A DNA stretch of 62,987 nucleotides, filler included, from Stramenopiles sp. TOSAG23-2 (taxonomy: Eukaryota): NCBI GenBank assembly GCA_900128395.1. It is 16 parts of 16 records of this genome, joined end to end, with 100 filler letters (N's around TTAATTAATTAA, not from the genome) between each part and the next. Parts side by side here need not be neighbours in the genome. Positions count along the whole stretch, not along the records: positions 11,874 to 15,727 come from LT651072.1; positions 15,828 to 19,680 come from LT651073.1; positions 19,781 to 23,630 come from LT651074.1; positions 23,731 to 27,578 come from LT651075.1; 12 more parts are not named here. One strand, given 5' to 3'. This document shows, piece after piece, positions 12,004-23,786 of this stretch. The translations under genes were made by a program, and so were the position numbers. Below the pieces are notes generated by a model. It ran no database searches. It saw only the letters and a program-made list of their open reading frames with translations, and had not been told where the DNA came from. How positions within the stretch are numbered: the stretch's first letter is position 1; each line of letters begins with the position of its first letter.

Positions 12004-12586
12004 GTTTGCTTCCATTTTTAATAGGATCGTCCCACTTCGTACCATTACCATCAGGTTTTGCAATGTATTTGAAACGAACTCTCTCTTTTCTTTGATTTTT
12101 CGCCATAAGATAGTCACATTTACACAGAACCCACTTTTTACTTCCATTGCGTTTTTCAAATAGAGAAAAGGAATGTTTATATTTAAATTCTCGTTTAGCA
12201 TTAGGAGGAGGCTTAGGTAAAAGTCTGACTATTGATCCTTCTATGTCAAAATCATCTATTTCGGACACGGCCTTATTACTTCTGTCATAAAATATCCAAC
12301 TAAATTTACTGCTGCTAGTAGTACTGCTACTAGTAGTAGTAGTATCGCGTTGATTGTTATTATTGCCTGTGTTTTCGTTATCTTTACGTTTTATTGTTAC
12401 GGAACTTGGGGTTTTTGCGCTGAAACGAACTAGCATTTCATTTACATTTCGACGATTAACTCTTATTAGATGCTCTTCTTTATTTTGTGGTGTGGGTCCC
12501 GACCATTTTATATTGCTTATTGTAAATTGTGACGAAGCAGAATCGTTGAAATCTATGTCAGGATACTTAGGCACTTGTTCGGCCAT
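11874..12586 (-). CDS. Hypothetical protein, 3'-truncated in a poly-Ser tract
   Basis: ATG at 12586, globular N-terminal region, runs off the contig. Confidence 0.7.
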
Positions 12587-13033
12587 AAGTAACGTTCAAA
12601 CAATTTGCTATCGTCACTATAATACTTCGATATCTTTGTTAAATATTATGATATGTTTCTATGCGTGCTACAATATCTACCTTTTCTTTACGTTCGTATA
12701 TACTGGTATTGATATTCATGCTATTATTATTATTATTATTAGTTCTCTTTGATAATAGTTATAGTATTATTAATAATAGTGCAACTCTACTATAATACTA
12801 TAACTGGTATTAATATTAATAGTATTATTTTTTGTGTTTTTTTCCTTGTTGTCATGATTCATGATTAGAGAGGATCCTCTCTATTCATGATTACCAGGTA
12901 TTATTAAACAATGATGATGGTATTAATACCTGTATTATAGTACATTGGCAAGGAACAATCTCAAGTCCCATTTCCCATATTAAAATTGTAGACTGCTATG
13001 AATTAACATTATAGCTTAAGCTGTTCAAAAACA

Positions 13034-13099
13034 TTTTGATTATTTTGAGTATTTTGCGTTTTTTGTGTATTTTGAGTATTTTGAGTATTTTGAGTATTT
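13034..13099. repeat. 9-bp minisatellite (TTTTGAGTA-like)
   Basis: About 7 degenerate units. Confidence 0.8.
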
Positions 13100-13812
13100 G
13101 GTCTGAAATAGCATAGGAATAGCATTATCTGTGATGTGTAAATTTCACATCTTTCTACAACTTTCACAACTTTCACAATCAATTTACTTTTTTTATTTTG
13201 GAAAACCTCTAACCCTACCTCTAACCGGAAACTCAGGAAACGTATGATATTCCTATAGTAAAAAAACGTTAAGGTATTCCTACGACGTGATAGCATGGGG
13301 CAAAAAATGTCTGACGACTAAGAACCACTTCTTGAAAAAAAAAACAAATGTAGCATACAATAGCACTAAAAAACTCAAGGATACAAACTTTTCCTGGTTT
13401 ACCTCTTTTTTCTTTTAATATAGGAATAGCACTACGAGGATGCGCGAACTTGAGAGAGAGGGAAAAAATCTTCACATCAACTGGTTCTTAGCTGTACAAT
13501 TTTACTGCTGTTTACCTGTTAATTACATATTTTCAACATCAGTTCTAGCATACATACCAAACATATATATATAGCTATACATAATATAATACGAAAAAGA
13601 ACTAGAAAAAAAGAACAAAACAAAAAACGAACAAAACAAAAACAAACAAAAGAAACATTTATAAAAAAACAAAAGACATTCATTCATTTATTATTTATAA
13701 CAATTTCAAAGTAAACAAAGAAGAAAAACGTACTAAGAAAACAAAACATAAACGATGACTATTAGTACAAAAAAACATGGTAAGTAAAATATTGTAATTA
13801 TATATATAGTAA

Positions 13813-14775
13813 AACTTAATTCAACAGCTGCTGCATTTTGGATAAGTATTTGGAAATTTATACAATAATGTTTAAACAAAATTTTAAAATCATTAGACGT
13901 TTGCATTAAAGCAAAAAAATAGTATAGGGAACAAAGAAACGATACAGTAGTTATAAGTTTCAGGCATTTATTTTTGACTACAGTCATCATGTTTATCGAA
14001 ATTCTTGACTTCTCCACAATTATTGCATCTTTTGTTTTCATGTTACAGTAGTTTGTAATTTGTAAATTATTGATGATGATATATAATAATATAGAACTAT
14101 GCATATGGAAAATCGTTTAAAAAGAAAGAAATCGGTCATGACATTTACAAGGTCATATTGAATTTTTACAATGATCTTAAAAAAAGGCAAGCAGCTTACC
14201 AACCACCAAAATATTCAACTTCTTGAACTTCTCTCGAAAAATAAAAACTCAACAATATTATAATACCTTAAAATTTTACTAACAAAAAACCTGAAAAATA
14301 TTATTGTGCTATTATTAAAATATTAAATATTTTATACGTACTATAATGATTAGGAACATCATACAAAGATGTTCTTTGTGGGCAAAAAAAAGCGGATGAT
14401 GGTGCCAAAGCATTCAACCCAGCAGACGCAGCAGACGCAGCTCCGAGCGAGCTACAAGGAGTAGACGCAGTAGCAGTGGGCAATAAAGAAACGGAGCAAA
14501 AATTGGAAAAATGGTGTTATATGAATCCCAGTTTGTCAACCCAAAAAAAAAACAAATCGCAAAAAACAAATTCGCCGGCACTATTGACACAGCCAGTGGC
14601 AGCAACATCAATTACAGCTACAGCTAAATCTAATGCGACAGCAACAACTACATCGGAAGCGGAAGCAAAAGAAAAAGGGTTAGTAAAACGATGCAAAGTA
14701 CAAGAAATAAAAAAGCATTTAGAAACAACTAGAATCTGCGGCGGGTGTTGGGATAAGAAAAAAGGAAGTTTTACT
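13813..14775 (+). pseudogene. Putative decayed coding sequence
   Basis: One frame reads protein-like (NLIQQLLHFG...QSSCLSKFLTSPQLLHLLF...EIGHDIYKVILNFYNDLKKRQAAY...LGTSYKDVLCG...RICGGCWDKKKG) but has many in-frame stops upstream of ~14350. Confidence 0.35.
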
Positions 14776-14990
14776 AAAAGTTTTGTATCTGAAATAAATA
14801 TATCATCAAATTCATTTTTTGTTGCTACTACATATTTCTTTTTCTTCGTTGATACATTCTTTCTATTATTGTTTTTTGTTTTTGTATGTTTCTTAGTTAT
14901 TATTATATCATCAAATATATTCTCCTCCATGTTGCCTGTTTTTTTATTTTGTTTTTTTGTTTTGCACTTATCGTTTTATATATGTATATC

Positions 14991-15509
14991 CCATGTGGTC
15001 TTGAAGAAAAATATACTGATAAAAATACAACAAAAAATGATACAAAAAAAGTAGCTTCAAAGACGAAAAAGAAGATGTCGAAAAAAAATACAAATGATAA
15101 AAAAGGATTGAAAAGACATAATACTACTGTTGATTTTACAGAAGATATAAAAAATGTAGAAGTAAAAGATGAAATGACTCGAATTATTAAGCGCCAAGCA
15201 ATTTTAGAAACATTAAAACCGGAACTTTATGATGTATGTAGAAATTACCAAAAAGTCATTTGGCAGAAATATAAAAAAAGATTTTTAAAGACATATAAAC
15301 AATATGAAAATTTAAAAATGAAATTCCATATGGTAGATCCAAATAATTTATCATTACGACGTGAAATTAATTGGGAATTGGAAAATTTTATATTTCCACG
15401 TTTTTCATGGTTAAGTCCAGATGAAATAGTAAAACAAGTAGCTGTTGAAACGATGGCAAGTTTACATCAAGTGGAAAAACAATGGGAAGCGGATGAGAAA
15501 AAGAAATGA
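14991..15509 (+). CDS. 3' part of a Lys-rich hypothetical gene whose 5' end appears inverted (14775-14990)
   Basis: Coding-like PCGLEEKYTDK...WEADEKKK*. The apparent start MEENIFDD.. lies on the minus strand immediately upstream. Confidence 0.55.
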   Translation, partial: PCGLEEKYTDKNTTKNDTKKVASKTKKKMSKKNTNDKKGLKRHNTTVDFTEDIKNVEVKDEMTRIIKRQAILETLKPELYDVCRNYQKVIWQKYKKRFLKTYKQYENLKMKFHMVDPNNLSLRREINWELENFIFPRFSWLSPDEIVKQVAVETMASLHQVEKQWEADEKKK

Positions 15510-15519
15510 GAAAAAAAAG

Positions 15520-15550
15520 GTGTGTGTGTGTGTGTGTGTGTTTGTGTGTG
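15520..15550. repeat. (GT)n microsatellite
   Basis: Directly visible. Confidence 0.9.
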
Positions 15551-15988
15551 GATGTTGTGTGTCTTAATTAACACACCAGTATTTTTAAATTGATAGTTCA
15601 AGTGCATTAAAAGATTTTAAATGTTGTGTGTAAAATGGTATATCATTATATTATCTTGTGTGTGTGTGGTAATAATTAAAAGTAATCATATACGTGTTGC
15701 ATATTTTATTTTAAAATACTCAATATTNNNNNNNNNNNNNNNNNNNNNNNNNNNNNNNNNNNNNNNNNNNNTTAATTAATTAANNNNNNNNNNNNNNNNN
15801 NNNNNNNNNNNNNNNNNNNNNNNNNNNCCAAAACATAGAAAATATACGTTTTTAAATAGTAAACAAGATTCGATAGATTCATAAACATATAAAAAAAGTA
15901 GCAACACAAACAATCACACACACAAACACACACGTTTCATCCAATCACATTATTATTTTAAATCAAAACAACGAATATATATATATTT

Positions 15989-17995
15989 ATGAGTGCGACT
16001 ACTACAATTGAATTGAAAGATAAGAAAAAAGAACATCTGGAACAAAACCCAATATTAATAAGTGAAGATAATGATATAAATACAATAAAATTGGATTCTG
16101 TAAATGATGTTATCGAACAAATCACATATTTCAATATAGTTGGTTGCCGTGGAATCTTATTAGTATTATTTACTTTATCACTTGCTGCTGTACATTTTAT
16201 AACTGCCTATATATATACCATGAGCTTCACATATCTAGAAAGAAAAGGTATATGGGTTTTCATCACTGTTGCCATTTTCCACATTGTTCTTATATTGTAT
16301 ATGTTTTTTCGTGGCAAAGTCTTAGCTATTAAATGGTTGAAAGGTGAATATGGCGATTCAACGCGAAATAACGAAAGTAAAAATATAATTGCAACTGTTA
16401 CTATGCCACTTTTTGAATTTTTCGAGGAGAACTTTAGTTTAGAAAAAGGAAAATTGTATCTCATACAATTGTACACGTTTGAAATAATCGAAAATTGGGT
16501 ACAGTTGTTCAATATGCAAACTATTTATTTATGTACGTTACCATTAGGGTGGACAATATTTTTTTCTTGTATTTTATTAATTGAATCTACATATCGTATG
16601 CTTTTCATGGGAAATAAAGTATGGATTTCAAAAGAAAATAGAATTACAGTTGTCGATCGAGATATACAATTTACAATAGACATTATCGTCGATTCATTTT
16701 TTCTAATTGTGCCATTGTCTGTTGTTACCTTAGGTTATAATATTTGGATCACAGTTGAAGAAGCTATATTAATGCTAGTTTTTCCAACACTTTTAATGTT
16801 GAATAAATTAAGTGATTTAATGTTAGAAAATATACACCAGCATGCTGAGAAAATGTTTCAAAAACATTTGAAAAACGTCTCTATGAAAATTTCCAAAGAA
16901 AAGGATGATGATACTATTTTCGGCACTAGCTTTAACGAAAAGGTAACAACAGCCCAAAATAAATGGTTCCCGCGCTCGGCAAAATTGTGTTTTTTTGCCG
17001 CTACTGTATTTTATATATTACTGTTAATTATTATGATTATATCTCAAATTATTGCGCTTAGTCATAGCAATAAGGAATGTAACAGTTATATTAGTGATGA
17101 TAACAAAGGATATTGGGAACAAGGTTGTATAATTAAAGTACCTTTATGTAATAATATGTTTGTATCGAAATGTGATTGTGCAGTGTTAAAAATAGTAGGA
17201 CATAATATGACGAAATTGTCAAATGAAAAATTTGTTAAAATGACATCATTACGTAGTGTAGAAATAACAAGAGGAAGATTGAACAAGTTGCCAGATAAGA
17301 TGGAAGAATTAATAAAGATCAATCGATTTATTGTTTCATTTAATCATTTACAAACGTTTGATGTTGATGTATTGAAATGGAAGGATTTGTCGGATTTGGT
17401 ATTAATGTTTAATAATATTACAACGCATCATAAAAATTTATGGCAACATCCACAGTTGGTAAATTTAGCTATTAATAGCAATAAAGGTTTTTGGATGCCA
17501 CAAGATGTTAATAATATAAAATTACCACAGTTGATATATTTGCACATGGGTAATAATAGTGGTATTATTCCGAATGAATTGAGTTCCACGCAACTTCCAG
17601 CGATTAATAACATGTATCTTAATGGAAATAAAATGGAAAATTTTCCATCAAAGTTTCATACATTTCAAACTACTATACAATATCTTGGTATAGCTAGATG
17701 TGGATTGAAAGAATTACAACAACATTTAGAATCGTTTGATAATTTGAAGTATTTAGATGCAAGAAACAATAGTCTCACTTCCATATCCCCAGAAATAAAA
17801 CAAATGATAAAAGGTACAATAGATTTTGAATCTTATTTTTCTGGAAATCCTGCATGTCAAAATGATAAAGATTTGAATTGTACACGATTATGTACAGATT
17901 ATTGTTGGTCGGACAAGGGATTTACTAATGGAGGATGCGATGTGACATGTGATTCTCAAGAATGTAAATATGATGGAGGGGAGTGTAAGGTATGA
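15989..17995 (+). CDS. Multi-pass membrane protein with LRR domain and C-terminal LNR (Notch-like) repeat
   Basis: Multiple hydrophobic helices, Cys-rich cap (GCIIKVPLCNNMFVSKCDCA), LRRs (LKYLDARNNSLTSI), terminal NGGCDVTCDSQECKYDGGEC. Confidence 0.85.
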   Translation: MSATTTIELKDKKKEHLEQNPILISEDNDINTIKLDSVNDVIEQITYFNIVGCRGILLVLFTLSLAAVHFITAYIYTMSFTYLERKGIWVFITVAIFHIVLILYMFFRGKVLAIKWLKGEYGDSTRNNESKNIIATVTMPLFEFFEENFSLEKGKLYLIQLYTFEIIENWVQLFNMQTIYLCTLPLGWTIFFSCILLIESTYRMLFMGNKVWISKENRITVVDRDIQFTIDIIVDSFFLIVPLSVVTLGYNIWITVEEAILMLVFPTLLMLNKLSDLMLENIHQHAEKMFQKHLKNVSMKISKEKDDDTIFGTSFNEKVTTAQNKWFPRSAKLCFFAATVFYILLLIIMIISQIIALSHSNKECNSYISDDNKGYWEQGCIIKVPLCNNMFVSKCDCAVLKIVGHNMTKLSNEKFVKMTSLRSVEITRGRLNKLPDKMEELIKINRFIVSFNHLQTFDVDVLKWKDLSDLVLMFNNITTHHKNLWQHPQLVNLAINSNKGFWMPQDVNNIKLPQLIYLHMGNNSGIIPNELSSTQLPAINNMYLNGNKMENFPSKFHTFQTTIQYLGIARCGLKELQQHLESFDNLKYLDARNNSLTSISPEIKQMIKGTIDFESYFSGNPACQNDKDLNCTRLCTDYCWSDKGFTNGGCDVTCDSQECKYDGGECKV

Positions 17996-18230
17996 TATAA
18001 AGTTTTATTATGTACATTGATATCATACACAAAAATATTTTAAAGTTATACGAGTACGTGCGTGTTATTTTTGTTGTATGATATAGTATCATTACAACAA
18101 TGTTGTCAGAGAGATTATTTTAATTTTTTTGTATCATACGAACGTAAATTTTAAAATGTCGTGTACATTATGCGTATATAAATGAAAAATAATTCGTTCA
18201 AGCGCCTATCATACTTTCGTCTTTCAATTG

Positions 18231-19680
18231 TTAACACCCTCTTTGCGTATTTTGCAACAATCTCCTTCTTCTCTCACTCAAATGCGAATTTGTCACTTTA
18301 TAGTACGTTCCCGTCAACAGAATATCTTTCGAATAATGTTTGTAGCCAGTGTCATTCAATTTCCTCAATGGCTTTCCGCATAAATCTTCACATTTTGTTG
18401 AGTCTTTCATCATTTTACAACAATTTCTGTCATCTACATATGCTTTCACTACAACTTTTGCACCAATTAAAAATTTTCGATCTTCACAATATGGCAACTC
18501 GCTTTGTAAATACCCATTCTCATCTTGTGTATTCAAATTGACCACCGCAACCCATTCTTTTTTTCCCCCTAACACATCCATTGCAACCTGCTGAATGGAA
18601 ATATCTTTTGGAGTGAACAATGGCGCAGGGCAAGAAATGTCTGTCACCTGGTACCGCAATTGCTTGGACAATCGTAACATCTCTTTATTATCCTTGTAGG
18701 TAGTAGTATTAATATCATTTTTCAAATAATACACTGCGACATTTCTGATGTTGCTTGGCATACTTAAATCCAAATGATTGTAGCCTTTACAAAATACCTT
18801 CTTCGTCTTATTCAGATTTGACGAAGTCCATTTCGACCCACCCGTGCATGTTGCTTGTGCTGTGGTCTTTGGTTTCATTTGCATCACTTGTTGCATATTA
18901 TGTTTGCCAATTCGGGCTACTTTCGAACGCTTGCGCAGCCCCTCCATGGTTTCTAAAAACGATGATTGAATTTGAAGCGGCTGGGTATATAAGCTTTCAA
19001 TTAAATTGTAAAAGTTTGTCATTGCATGCTTATACGGAATGAATAATTCACATAATTTTGTTCTCTCCTTTCCACCTGGAGCATCCACTATGCGTGGGCC
19101 GCATAACGACACCTCATCAAAGAAAGTGTTAATCAATCGATTCGCGTTTTTCTTCTTACTCTTGCTCATTGATGAAAGCGAATCCAATAAGTTCATCATA
19201 CCTTCATGTAAATATCCATTCTTTTTAATTGTATCCGTCACTTCAGCATATAAATTATGACGACTATAATTACCACCTTGAGATAATGCAAATGGTATTA
19301 TATCTTCACGTTTGGTACGACCAGATGGATCTTCACAAGCTTCCAAAGTTGTATCACGTCTTTCTTTACAACACATATTTGGCCAAAATGATTTTGCTTC
19401 TTTATTAATATTTTGTATGTTAAACAATTTATCTAAATCAGATGTAAATGAACAAAACGATTTCAATAATTCATCACGATTGGTATCAATACATGTTGTA
19501 TCTTCAATTTTTTCAATTTCATTTGCTATTTCTATTGCAGGGAATATAATTGTACCTTTATTACGTTGTTTTTCACATGATAATTTTTCCTTTTTATCAT
19601 CTTGTTCTTTACGTTGTTTCATCAATTTATCATGTTGTAAACGTATTTGTTCTTTTTGCCATAAACGTGAATTTTTAATA
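18231..19680 (-). CDS. Cys-containing hypothetical protein ending RRRRLLQNTQRGC, 5'-partial
   Basis: ORF of >460 aa running to the contig edge, with coiled-coil and Cys-rich segments. Confidence 0.75.
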
Positions 19681-19780
19681 NNNNNNNNNNNNNNNNNNNN
19701 NNNNNNNNNNNNNNNNNNNNNNNNTTAATTAATTAANNNNNNNNNNNNNNNNNNNNNNNNNNNNNNNNNNNNNNNNNNNN

Positions 19781-21202
19781 ACAAATAATGCTTTTTATTA
19801 TGTACTTGGTCAAGGTCAATGCAACTATGGTACATATCGTTTATTTGGGACATTAAAAAATAAAGATATATCTACTGTTAGTAATGACAAGAAAAAGCCA
19901 TCAAATTCATCAAAAAGTTCAAATGTTGATTCAAAAACCTCATTTTCATCAAAAATTACATTATCACGAGAATATTTTACAAATAATAATAATAATAATA
20001 CTACTAAAAGTAATAACGGTTCATCTTCGACAACAACAAATAATAATAAAAATTACAACATTAGAGATCATCTTTTAATGATGAAATATCAATTAAGTTT
20101 AAGGGATGAGACTATTGTTGAAAAAGAATTTTGGCGTTCAATAAATACATTAAATAAAGATATTCCCATGTATGGAGCCGATCAAGTTGGTAGTATATTT
20201 AAAGACCAATTTGCAAATGGTTGGAATGTTGCAAAATTAGATACAATTCTTCGAATAGGCCTGCCAGAAGACATGCCAGGCATTACAAGGCCAATGTTAT
20301 ATTTTGGTCAATATCGTGCTATGTTCTCATGGCATAAAGAAGATTTTGATTTAAATTCAATTAATTTCATACACCATGGCAAACCAAAAATTTGGTATGC
20401 CGTTTGTCGACCATCTGCAAAACGTTTCGAAAGCTTATGTAAATCTATGTTTGGTGATGAGGCTAATAAATGTCCTGAATTTATGCGACACAAAAATATA
20501 TTTATCTCGCCTAAATTATTGAAAAAAGAAAAAATTCAATACGTAACGACTGTTCAACATGAGAATGAATATATTTTAACATTTCCTGATGGTTACCATG
20601 CTGGGTTTAATACAGGATTTAACGTAGCGGAAAGTATCAATTTTTCTTCTCCAAAATGGGTACAATATGGTAGACGCTGTGGTTTTTGTCGTTGTTTTCC
20701 ATATACTTTTAGAATGGATATTGATCACTTTTGTGAAAAAGTACGCTATCTTGCACCAGATCGTTTACCAAAAACACCAGAAATTGGTGATCGTATATTG
20801 ATACGATGGGGTAATAAGAATGGCAATATGCCGAAAGATGATAAACATAGATGTGATATTGATATTCAACCTGCATGTTATTATTTATGCCGCGTTAAAA
20901 AAGGTACACGTGGAAGTAAATTTAGCGTACAAGGATATCATGGTGGCAAGACATTTCTGTTGCCATTTGATGTGAATATTGATGATTGGAAATGGAATTG
21001 TGATGGTTTTATTGGAGCGGTTAAAAATAGCAATAAAAAGAAATCAATGAACAATGTCGGTTTTAAACGTATGATGAGTAGTAGTGCGAACAGTAACAAC
21101 AGTAGTGTTAAAAATAAAAGTGATGGTGAGAAAATTGTTAAAAAAAATCGTACAACTTTGATTGTATTAAAACGTAAGAGTGTTTCGAAAAATATGAAAT
21201 AA
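19781..21202 (+). CDS. KDM4: KDM4/JMJD2-family JmjC histone demethylase, 5'-partial
   Basis: YGAD, PGITRPMLYFG, FSWHKEDFDLNSINF (HxE), CPEFMRHK, GYHAGFNTGFNVAESINF. Frame open from the contig start. Confidence 0.92.
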   Translation, partial: TNNAFYYVLGQGQCNYGTYRLFGTLKNKDISTVSNDKKKPSNSSKSSNVDSKTSFSSKITLSREYFTNNNNNNTTKSNNGSSSTTTNNNKNYNIRDHLLMMKYQLSLRDETIVEKEFWRSINTLNKDIPMYGADQVGSIFKDQFANGWNVAKLDTILRIGLPEDMPGITRPMLYFGQYRAMFSWHKEDFDLNSINFIHHGKPKIWYAVCRPSAKRFESLCKSMFGDEANKCPEFMRHKNIFISPKLLKKEKIQYVTTVQHENEYILTFPDGYHAGFNTGFNVAESINFSSPKWVQYGRRCGFCRCFPYTFRMDIDHFCEKVRYLAPDRLPKTPEIGDRILIRWGNKNGNMPKDDKHRCDIDIQPACYYLCRVKKGTRGSKFSVQGYHGGKTFLLPFDVNIDDWKWNCDGFIGAVKNSNKKKSMNNVGFKRMMSSSANSNNSSVKNKSDGEKIVKKNRTTLIVLKRKSVSKNMK

Positions 21203-21685
21203 CACATTTATTGATCCTGGCAAAGTTATATATAAAAAGACATATCATATTCAGGTTATATTAGAGCTACGTATAATACTTAAAATAATTCCTTCATACA
21301 ATACTGTACAGTATTCTAATATACCATAAATGGACTTTGTTAAGGATAATGTATCCAGAAGGGAACAGAAAAAAAAGTAGGAGTAGGAGTTGAAAAAAAT
21401 AAACATGTTATTATAAAAAAAAAATAAAACGTGACGAAAAGATATGTACTCATCTATCTATCTACTTATACTGTAAATGTTAAGTAAACAGAAGGTATTT
21501 ACCCTTTCCATTACAAACAATAATAATACCTTTTAGCATAATATAATATTTATCACCGGGGGAAGTAAAAATATTTAATCTATAACAACTTAAGATTTTA
21601 ACCATCCTAAAATATTAAATATATATTTTATATGCATATATATATTAATATATAAATATTATAATATTACTAATATTGATACATA

Positions 21686-21748
21686 TTGTGAGATAGATAT
21701 TAATATTGGCTTGGTTAATTTATTCTTGGAATTATCACGAGTAGGAAT
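21686..21748 (+). repeat. Dispersed modular intergenic element, diverged copy
   Basis: GTGAGATAGAT...TATTCTT.GGAATTATCACGAGTA retains the element's blocks in order. Confidence 0.55.
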
Positions 21749-21810
21749 AAAAAATTAACAAATACACGTAAATTTACTATACATATTACTACCACAAACA
21801 AAATATAAAA

Positions 21811-23005
21811 ATGGCAAAGGAAGTTGCATTGCAGGTTGCTATGCGATGTAGGCCATTTAGTGAAGACAATGCGAAATTAGGTGTGATGTGCGATGAAACG
21901 GGAGATCAAAAAGTCGTAATAACTCGACCGTTTAATGCATTTCAAGCTACGGCATTTAATCATTGTTGGTGGTCTGCATTTAATTACGAAAACCATTTGA
22001 AGGAGCAAGAGGATAAGGTACATATAGATATGGTGGTAGATTTACCAATTGTTTCTCAAGAGGATGTATTTGAACGAGTTGGAAACAAAAGAGCGTTTAA
22101 AAAATTCTAAAGATGATTTAGAGACAAAATTACGAGAAAATCAATCTTTGGAAAAAGAGATTGAAAGGGTTAAACAGATCAAAACACGCGAAATTGAAAG
22201 TATGGAACTAGAAAAAACCAACATCGCCTCATCATTGAATGAAACACAATCGAAATTATCAAAAATACAAGCAACAGTAGGAATTTTGCAAAATGAGAAG
22301 CGTCGAAAAGAAACCGAAATTGAGGAGCAAAAGGTTACCATCGAATCATTACAAACTAAAGTGGACAAGCAAATCATCAAACTAACGTCAATCCAGTCAA
22401 ATAATAGTAATATGCGGCATGAAATTAGCTCATTAAATGATAAGTTATTTCAAAAAGATTCTATGATTCGTAATTTAGAAGAAACCATAAAGCAGAATAA
22501 ATTATCAAATTTAGAAGGCAAAAAAGAAATGCAAGAATATTTTCAAATAGAAATCAACAATATTAATACTGAAAATAGGGATGAAATTGAAAAGTTAAAA
22601 TTAAATCAAAGAGATATCCTACAAAAACATCAATTTGCCATAGCAGAAAAAGATTCGCTGAGTAAAAAACTTCAAGTAGACGTTGTTTCGCTAAATAAAA
22701 CCATTGAAGATTTACAAGATACTATTAAAAATATCGAATTTCGTAGTAAAAATACACTCAGTACTGAAACAAAGAAATGGGAAACGAGATTGGAAGAAAT
22801 TGAAAGAGATCAATTAAAGGAAATTGATCGGATGAAAATAGATATGAAAGATATGTATGATCGTAAACTAAGCCAAATGAAGTCTCAACTGGATTTTCAA
22901 AAAAAAAATATTGCTGAAATTACTGCTTTGCATGACGAAGAATTGAATCGGCAACGTGAGGAACTAAAACAACAAAACCAAAATATGTGGAAAGATGAGA
23001 TTTAA
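21811..23005 (+). pseudogene. Kinesin motor N-terminal fragment fused out of frame to a coiled-coil segment
   Basis: LQVAMRCRPF...AFNHCWWS...SQEDVFERVG is the start of a kinesin motor. The P-loop is absent. Near 22085 the sequence continues in another frame as a 300-aa coiled coil. Confidence 0.7.
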
Positions 23006-23786
23006 AAACTTCATTTAGACTTCTATATGGGGGAAAGATACAGAGTATAACTAGTACCTGGTGGTACTAGACAATATATTATATATAAATATTACGTGAA
23101 CAATTGTATTGCTTATTGTCTTTACACTTATATGTGTATGAAAATGATATCGAAAGTGTTATATTCAAATATTTACGAGGTTCCATATGTTTTATTGCAC
23201 ATGTATGTGTAAGTGTGATTATAAAATAGCATCGTATTACGGATTACGGAAATCGGGACGGAGACTTTTTTAAGGTCAAATGTTCAACTCTCTCAATGTC
23301 CAGGTGTCCAGGTTCAAAATGGAACGGCTGGCCAGCTGGGCCAACTGGGTAATATGCCAAATTGGTTTGCTATACTCTGGCAAGATTGGTACTTGGTATG
23401 CCAGTATGCTGGTATTATATGCCAGCCTTAGGGCCAGGTATATTATGCCAGTATTAATTGTTGTGTACTGGAATATGTACATAATAATTCTAATAATATT
23501 ACACTAATAATTATAATAATAATAGGATATTAAATGTGCAAACCCCGATGTACGTAGAAGTACCTACTTCATTTGCTATATTCTTCCACAGTTCGTTTTT
23601 TACTTTCAATCAAATCAACACGGAAAGATCNNNNNNNNNNNNNNNNNNNNNNNNNNNNNNNNNNNNNNNNNNNNTTAATTAATTAANNNNNNNNNNNNNN
23701 NNNNNNNNNNNNNNNNNNNNNNNNNNNNNNTTGCCTAATCTAGCAAGTGATAATATAAGGTTAAAATAATCTAATAAATTTCATCT

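Noticed and set aside
13813-14350. Alternative genetic code (stop reassignment)
   Set aside because: Conserved genes in the window have no internal stops and terminate on TAA, TAG and TGA.
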